Shown here: in pieces, positions 39,912 to 48,900 of the stretch
Layout of the letters: every line of letters starts with the position of its first letter
Position numbering within the stretch: position 1 is the stretch's first letter
Assembly: GCA_013239625.1 (NCBI GenBank)
Contig: MU053881.1
Location: 16,544,373 to 16,608,372, forward strand
From: Lama guanicoe
Taxonomy: Eukaryota
Direction of reading: 5' to 3'
Length of the DNA stretch: 64,000 nt
The notes under the pieces: generated by a model
The model's input: the letters and a program-made list of their open reading frames with translations, nothing else
Databases searched by the model: none
Told to the model about the DNA's origin: nothing
Program-made: the position numbers and the translations under genes

Positions 39912-42900
39912 AAAAGAAGAAGAAGAAGAAAGAAAAAAGGCCTTTGTTAAAAAGAAAAGTTTTGTGGACTAGCTCTCAGAATATTTCCATGCCTAGTTCA
40001 GGTTGAGGGAAATGGAAAAACACCTTCCAGCCTCCCCTGCCAGATCAGTTTCTGAAGGAGCCTCCACCAGCCCTCCTCAGTCACCTGTGCCCACCCGCGT
40101 CACCTGTGGCAGCATCAGGGGTCCTGTGTGCCCCCTGCAGGCACTGGCACTTCTGCTCACGCGCACCAGGGGCAGGGTGGAGGAGGCTGGGAGGGACAGC
40201 CATCGCACTGTGCAGAAGCCTAGCACCTGTTCCGTCCTGATGGTGATGGCTCCCCCCTCATCCCGTCCCCAGGCCCGCACCCAGAACTCGAGGGGAATGG
40301 CCGCCCTCTGGGTATGGTGTTGGGGTCGTGCTGTCTATCTGTTTTTCCCCTTCTATTTTTTTTTTATGGAGGTGAAATTCACACAACACAATTAACAAAC
40401 TTCACATAACACAAGTTAACCATTTTAAAGTGCACATTTCAGTGGCCTTTAGCCCATTCAGTGTTGTGCAGCCAGCAGCTCTGTTGGCTCCAGAACGTTT
40501 TCCTCACCCCAAAAGGAGCCCCGTCTCCATGGGCAATCTCCCCCTTCCCCCTCCCCAGCCCCTGGCAGCCACCACTTTGCTTGCTTTCTTTGTGGATTTA
40601 CCCACATTGTTTGTTTATATTATTTTTAAAATCAGTGTGATTGAAAGGTATAATTTATACACAACAGAACTCACCAATTTTGAGCGTACAGTTGGATGAG
40701 TTTTGACAGATATGTGAGAGAACATTTCCATTATCTCGAAAAGTCCCCTGGTGCTCCCCACTACCCCCAGGTCTCTGGCAACCGCTGACCTGCTTTCTGT
40801 CGCTATTTTTACCTTTTCTAGAATTTTATGTAAATGGCACCAGTCAATTGGGTGTTCTTTTATATTTGGGTTCTTTCACTAAACATAATGTTTCTTCATG
40901 GGTGTTTTTTCCTTCTCTTTCCAAAACACCTTCTAGATCCTTTCGGAGGGGATCCTTTCAAAGAAAGCGACCCATTCCGTAGCTCTGCCCCTGACGACTT
41001 CTTTAAGAAACAGACAAAGAATGACCCATTTACCTCAGACCCATTCACGAAAAACCCTTCCTTACCTTCAAAGGTGAGTGACCCCAGGAAGGCCGTCTTC
41101 CCTGTGCTACCCATGTGCGCCCCCTGCATGGGTGAAGGCAGCCCTTCCCATCCCCAGCTCTGTGGACCGGGCCAGGGCCCCCATCACTTGGACTGTGCTC
41201 GCTAAGCCTGACGAGTGGGACTGTGCGAGGCTGGGCAATTCTCCAGGAGCTGGCTTGCAGGCTGAGCCTCTTTACTGGAGAGCGAGGTGACCGTTTCTGC
41301 TGGTCCCTGTGGAGGGAGGCTCATCCCATGAAGCGGGGTGTCACAGCCAGCAGTCCGTGAACCCAGGTCAGGGCAGACTGTGTCTTTTATTATAAAAGTT
41401 CCCTTTTTTTCTCTAGTGATAATCATTGTCTTTTCATTCATCTTAAGTGTGTTTGCCTTTATCTCTGTAAGAACAGTTAGTGCTGCTTTAAAGTCATCCT
41501 CATCTGAGAATTCCCAGTGTGTGGGTCATCTGGAGATTGACTCCACTGGTTGTCTTTTCCCTTGAGAACCACAGTTTTCTGGTTCTCTGTGTGTTGAATA
41601 ACGTAGAAATGTATTCTGTGTGCCGTGAGTGCTCTGTTGTGGAGACTGGGTTCTGCTGCATTCCTCCAGAGAGTGTGGATGGTTTTGTTTCAGCAGAAAG
41701 CCGACTTAGTGAGACTCGCACTGTGGACTCCCTCTCTCTGTCACCTAGCTGTAGGCTGCTCTGAGGGAGCCCGCCCACACCCAGTGCAGGGGTCAGCCTG
41801 AGACTTGGGCAGAGCGTATCGTGGAATTTGGGGCTCCCATGCCTCTCCTTTCCAGATCCCACATCCCTTTCTCATGCCTGTGGTTGTCCTGGGGCTTCCT
41901 CCTCTGAGCTGCAGTCCAGAGAGACAATGAGTTCTCTACTGGAGTTGTAACCTCCCAATACTCTCAGACTACAGCTGTCAAAATGGAAAGCTCAACCTTG
42001 TACCGGTTTTTCTGCCAACTTTCTGTTCTCTCCCAAAGTCTTCCCACTTTGGTTCACTTCCTGAGTCTTCAGGTGGTTGCTTTTTTGGAGTTGGGTATCC
42101 AGAATGTTGATAGGTGTTACCTGCAGAAGGGGTTGGTCTGTTGGGATTTTGCTGTCGTTTAAATCGTCTCATCCTCCCCACCATGCCTGGGTGGCACATA
42201 CGGTGTGTGTAAATGTCAGGTTTGTGGTTGAATGAATGGATGGTAGACAAAGAAACTGCTTTTCACTCTCTCCTTTCTTCTTTCACTCAGCTTGACCCCT
42301 TTGAATCCAGTGACCCTTTCTCATCCTCCAGTGTCTCCTCAAAAGGATCAGGTGAGCTTGATGGCTTATTTCCTTTCTCACTCTCCCTCAGGCAGTGGGA
42401 GGGGAGGGCCCACTCACTTCCAAGGCTGGTGTGTTCTCAGTGTTGATGTCATTAGGAAGCGGCACCCAGATCTCACCTGAGGCCATGCAGCCAGAGCCAG
42501 TCCCCGCTGGCTGCTCGTCTTCCCAAGCAAAAGCTGGCATCATTCTGGAAAGGAAGCGTGGCAGCAGTAGGGATTAAGTCGGTACAAACACCAGTGTGTT
42601 AGTTACTGTTTGCTCATTCCTCCTAATGAATCTTCAGTTTATACCTTTGGATTTTTTTTCCTGAAAGAATCCAGGGTTCTAAGGCCTGTGCTGTGGCCGC
42701 TGTGTTTGAGGGAAACTTCGCTCACATTATAAAGCTCTTAGGTGAGCTCTCGAGCCTTTAAGGGAGAGGAGTGTTTGCGGACTCCTCCTTGCTTTTGGGA
42801 ACGGGCCCCACTTGGTACTGCCGTCTCACCGAGCATCTTGCGCTTTAGTTACAGAGCTCAATTTCACGGATGAGCTCATGGGTTACTCCTGGCAGATCGC

Positions 42901-45900
42901 CCCACCCACCAAAGGAGAAAGCTCCACCTGCAGATGACCTCCCCGCATAAATCCTGTGGGTGGCAGGTTGCCTCCCTCTCAACCTCCCCTCCTGATTCAG
43001 TGGACAGTAGGCTCTGCTTCTTCAGGGTCCCTGTCACTCCTTTGGTGACTGTGAACATTGCTGGCTTGCAGCACAGAGTCCCTCTGGCTCTCCCTGAGCC
43101 AGCTGTTGTGGCCACAAACTGTCTGGCTGAGCGGCACCGACCGCAAGTCGGAGTGGGCGGGGGCAGGGGGCTTTGTTGAGGGCCTGCACCCAGATTCCCA
43201 ACCCTGGCGAACAACCATGACCTCCATGGATGTCCTGAGAGGTGACGCTTTCCCTTGACCCCAGGCGGCGTGTTCGGCGAACGCCCTGTAACTCTCCTCT
43301 GTTGGTGTTGCTTGCAGGTCCCTTTGGAACCTTAGATCCCTTCGGAAGTGGGTCCTTCAATAGTGCTGAGGGCTTTGCCGACTTCAGCCAGATGTCCAAG
43401 GTAAAGCGCCCCCCACAGAGCCCCCCATGCCTCTGCCAGTGTCCTTGTGCCTCTTGTCATGGTCTTGTTATGGGCTGCCAGGCGTGATTGTTTAATGCCA
43501 CGTATGTATTTCCTCGGCACCTGTCGGACTCTGAAATGCATCCCCCTGTGAGGTCGTGGGTCAGCAGACAGGGTCTAGAAAGTGCCCGTGGCTGTACTGG
43601 ACCCCTGTCCCTTCCTCCTTATGGATCTGCCAGAGCCCTGTGTCCCCCGCCAAGGCACAAGCACTGTACGCTCCCCCTGCTGCCACTGCTGTGTGAGGGC
43701 CACCAGGCCACAGGTGATGATGTGGTCTCTGTGGCTGAACAAACTCGAGAAGGTGTGGGGCACAGAGGGCAAGGCCTGGTGTGGGGTCCGCTGAGGCCGA
43801 AACCTAGGGCCACAGCCCAGAAGGCGGGAGGTGTCTGGAGCTGCCCACGGACAGAACCCGAGAAGGGCATGGAAAGCGAGGGGTATGCTCAGCGAGTAAA
43901 CATGCAGGTGAAAAGTGAGCTGTGTCACCCTTGGATGGGCCGGACGGTACCTGCTGGGCCATAGTTATACGCACTGACCGGAGACCCAGCCCCACGGATG
44001 GTGTCGGAGCTCTGTTGAGAGGGGCTTGCGGGTGTGGCTAGAAAAGTCGGTCGGTCGATAACATCCAAAATGGACAAATCAAGAAGTAACAGTGGAAGCC
44101 CATGACTTCGAGGTAAATTCCAGAAGGAACTGCTAAGAAGCATGTTGAAACTTGTCGAAAATGTCGGTTTTGGTGAGAGAGAAAGGGCTGAGGGTCTGCT
44201 GTTCTTGGTTCTATCCTTTAGCCTCCCTTAGTTTTGACTGTGAACGTGTCTCTTTGACAAGAGTTAAGGGAGGCAGTGTTAGGTGTGCGCGTCTTGGCCT
44301 CAGACCTCAGCCCCAGCCCCTGTGTTTGCTCCACTCCTTCTCGGCGGCTGAGGGTGGGGTCCCTCACAGGTAAAGAGCCACATGCCGCACAGCCTGTGGC
44401 CATGGGGCCACCAAGCCCTGCGTCCTTTGTTCATTTCACCCATCTTTCCCAGCCACCTACTCCAGCTCAGGTGCCATGGGCACTGGAGGGGGGCAGCCAT
44501 GTGCAGATATAGTTCCTGTCCCCAGTCTTGCACCCCAGCTGGGGAAGGCTCACGAGCCAGGTGGTGGTGAGAGGGCTGGGGAGGGAACCCCGGAGTGTGT
44601 GGGAGCGGGCCTGCAGCGGGGAGCCCCATGCCTGCTGCACCGCCCACCCCGCGTGCTGACTCCTCGGGGGGTCCTGCCCTCTTCCTCCTCATTCACTCAG
44701 CCTGGCGGGTGCCCAACTGGCCGTTGAGTGCTGTGTGCTGTGCGCTATGGTTAGTGAAGTGTGATTGTGGTGCTTCCAAGAAACATCGGAGATTCTGTTT
44801 AGGTTTTCAGAGAAGCACATGAACATCAACTGTCGAGGAAGCAAATCGGCTTCTGGCCGGAGGCAGAGCATCTGTTTGCCTTGGCTGCCACTGGAGGGAG
44901 CCCAGAGGCGCTGGGTTGCCGCCTCTCTCCTTCCAGTGCCTGGAGGGAAACTGTGACATCGTCTGGGATCGGCCAGAAGGCACCAAGGCCTGAGAGTTGC
45001 CCTCACGTTTGCCTGTCACTTAGTGGCTGTTACCCAGACTCCTTGAGTGGAGCTGTGTGCCCACAGCTTCTGTCCCTGCTTGGGCGGCGGGAAACCAGCT
45101 CCTGAAATCAGGAAACTTCTGCCACACGGTGGCAGCAATCCCCAGGGAAGGGTTTATGTGGTCTCTTCTAGCTGTCACAAGTGGAGTGAGAGCTAGCAGT
45201 GGCCCTAGCCAGGACAAGGATGAGGGCATGAACAAGACCCTCTGTTCCAAGAAGCGTCTGACTCGAGGCTGCATGGCCTCAGAGGGTGACAGTGGGGTGG
45301 CCCGCTGGCAGGGCCCCTGGTGGAGGGAACAGCTGCTCTCCCTCCTCCAGGCAGTGCCTGTGTTTCCCGTGGCTGCAGAGACTCCCCAGAACCGGCAGTT
45401 CCAAGCCTGGCCCTTCCCTCTTTCTGCCCGATCTGAAGTTGCGTTTTCCCTTTTCTGACTCTGCTTTCCATCTCCTTGTTTTCTCGTGTCCCCCATCAGG
45501 CTGCATACACGTGCACTTGTGACTGCAGAGCCAGTGCCCCTTCCTGTTCGCGGCGCTGGGCAGGATGGAGCTGGATGGGGCTGTGGAAAATTTGTCTCCT
45601 GTCCCCCACTGTTTTGTTTTCACAATCCCGTCAGCTCCTGATCTCATGCCACTGGCCCAGCTGAATATAGGGCTCTAACCTTGCAGGTCTCTGTTTTTCC
45701 CTTTGGGTTCCCTTTCTGTTTTTCAAGAATAACATCATGTGTATAAATAAAATGCTGAAGGAAATGAAAGTAAAGTGGCAAGAAGGTGTTTTGGTTTTTT
45801 TTTTTTGGGGGGTTGTTTTTTTTTTGACTTCTTGGTTTTGTGTGTGTGTTTTTACACCGCTATCTTTTCTCCACCTGAGTAGGGTGAGGAGGCAACGCAC

Positions 45901-48900
45901 ACTGGCGATGCATGCTGGCACCCTGCCCTCTCCTACCTTCACCCGAAATTGGAGTGACCTCCCTCTGCTTGGCAGTGCTGAAGCAAAGTGTCAGCCAGCC
46001 GGCTGACTCCAGTAGATTCCTTTGGGAGGTTCTTTGGACTTACACTCTTCGTTGAGGTCCCCCCATACCCGAGGAGATTTTTCTAGACAGGATCAAGCCT
46101 ACATTACCTTGCTTTAAGAACACATTCCCCAAAACAGATTTCAGAGAGCATCTGACAACAAAAACAAGACTCCAACTTAATTATTTCACCCCTCCCATCC
46201 TGAAAAAAAGCACCTATGAAATACTTGACTGGTTGTCAGTCCATTTTCAGTTGTTTTCCAACCCTGCATTCCTATTTAGGGCTGTTTTTATTTGCTTATT
46301 TTTTAAATTCGGAGTCGTTTGCTTTAAACCAATTCTTTAAACTGTGAACCTCTTAGAGCTGCTTTTCATATAGTAGCTTTTTTTTTTTTTTTTTAGCACA
46401 CTTCACTCTAGCCCAGCCAGAGAGCCCCTACTGGCTTTACTGAAACCCTTCTAAAAATAGCAACTTTCCCTGAAGCCACAGCCTGAATAGGATCCAGTCA
46501 GGTCCCAAAGGAGGCTTCTTGGGAAACTTGAAGTCATGAAAACTAGAATTCGGAAATGATGCCGGCTTTTTGGTGTTAGAAGTGATATAATTCCCTGCTG
46601 TGGGCGAACAGGCGTTTACGGCTGGAACCCTTTCACCTTGGAGCGGGCCCACGGGCGCACTGGCTTTAGACAGAAGAGGGGGCGGAGAGTGGGCTTGGCT
46701 GGTGGTGTCCCCAGCCAGCCAGGAGGATCACTGCAGCTCACACTCCAGGGTGCAGTGCGTGGGCTGGGTGGACGAGGGCCCCATGTGCCTCGCAACTCTG
46801 CGGGAGGGGACGGCATGTCCGGAGGGCTCTGGGTGTCCCTCTGTGCCCCTTCCCCAGAGCTGGTGCACACCCAGCACCCAAGACAAGAACTAGGGTCCCC
46901 GTGGGGGCCTTGGGGGCCTGTCACATCACCACTCTGATGAGAAGTTTGGTTTGCTTCCTGCCTGCCTGTCTGTCTCAGGTCATGGTGTGAGTGGAGCGAG
47001 CCCTAGACCCAGCGTGTGTCCTGCGGACAGCAGAAGCAGAGGCTCCAGTGTTCCCTCCCTCTCCATCTCTTTAAGCCCCCACTCGGTCTTCTTTCCCAAA
47101 CAAGACCTTAACTCACCTATTTTAAAGCTAAGCTGAGGTCAACACTGCACCTTGTCTCCTGTGCTGCCTCCTTCTAGGAACGGCTCTGTGGGTGATGGGA
47201 GGCAGCAAAAATCAAGCGTCGGTGGCTGATGGGCGTTTGCAGATTCTTGCGGGCATCCAGGAGAATTCTAGTACATCCTTGACAAACTAATAATCATGCC
47301 GTCTCTGTCGGATGCTGTCTCGGCGCCAGCTGGAGCGATTTACGCGTTACCTTTTGCCTTCCTGCCACCGCCCTATGAGCCGGGGCCTGTCATTACTGTC
47401 ATCTGATAGATGAAGAAACTGAGACACGGAGCCGGGCCTCCAAATCCCACCCTGGCCCCCATGCTCTGCAGCAGACGTTCTGGAAACTTGAGTGACAGGT
47501 TTTGCAGACTCCCTGACGTTTGTCCCTTAAAGGATAAGTGTCACAGAGCCTGGGAAAGGGGAGCAGCAGCCATGCAGGGAGGTTCCTCCCTGCTTGGTCA
47601 CAGCCTCAGCAGTCCTTCTTGCTCAGAGTGTCCTGGCAGGCCCAGGCAGTCTTGGCAGGGAAACGAGCCTTCCCCACTGGACCCCATCTTCCCCTGGGTC
47701 TGCTGCCCTGCTCTGACTCTTGCCTGTATCTGCGCATGTCTCCCTCCTCGGCATGAGGACAATCCCCAGACCTATGGTGAAGGGCAAGCCGACAGCTGGC
47801 AAAGGCAGGTCCTAGGAGCTCTGGCCTAGGAGGCAGATGGTGCAGAGTCTTGCCCTGACTGCCCCAGTGAGGTGCTGTGTGACTAGCAGGCTGCACCTCC
47901 TCTCCATGCCTCAGTTTCCCTGCATATAAAATGGAAGTGGTGACAGTAGGGCTCTGTCCCAAGGCCGTTGGAAAGATATGGGTGAGAAGGTCACAGAGCC
48001 AGTATCTCCTATCCTCGCGGCCCCAGAGGGTTGGGGGAGGAATCTGGGCACCCAGGGGGCTTGGCCGACTGTGCAGCAGCCCCTCCCCCTCCCTATGGGC
48101 TGGTCGCCTCTCCCACCTGAGACTAGTGGCTGTTACTGGGCACCAGGGGCAGCGGTGGCCTCAGCCCCATCCCCATCCCTGTGCCCATGATCCTAGAGGG
48201 AAAGGAGCATGACTGGCGTCAGCCCTTCTCCCCACTTATCCAGATTACCTAAGAAGGCCCCACGAGTGTGCTGTTGTATTCCTGCTGTGTTTTCTGGCCC
48301 TTTGCCCTCCCCACTGGGGAGAGAAGTGCAAGCTCGCCTCCTCGTGGCCCCACCATCCCTGCTGCGCACAGCTGGCCCTGCCCACTGCACATTTTCTTTC
48401 CCTTGCTTTTGGAGGAACGTGTTAGCGTTTTCACCCCCAGGTCCACCTGTCCCACTTGCGTGTCTGATAGCTATGAATCTCCTTGCTCTGCTTTTTCTGG
48501 TTATTTTCTGTGTTAATAAAAGTGGTCCCCTACCCCTGTAGACCGTGATCTCCCTTTGGGATGCAGCTGGTACATCTGCGCTTACCCGGTGGTCAGTGGG
48601 GGTTTGCTACGCTGCTGCTCCAGGTTGGGTGCACGTGTAGACAAGTCCCTGCCCGCCACAGGCTCAGCTGGCAGGTGTGCACCCCGTCACCAGCACTTGC
48701 CCTTCAGGCCACCCAGTTAGGCAGGAAGGGCCTGGGTACCTGTCACTGTGGCATGGTGACACATGTCCTGTCTGTTCTTACTAGGACAGCTGAGCAAGCA
48801 GTTAGTAGCAAGGGTGTCAGGGAGAGCTCTGGGGATGGCAGTGGGGTCCAGCCAGGCTCTGAGGAAGAGGAGGGGCTTGAGGTGGATGGGGTGGGTTGAG

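Noticed and set aside
39554-40006. Poly-lysine ORFs
   Set aside because: Produced by the intronic poly(A)/(GAA) tract, not an independent gene.
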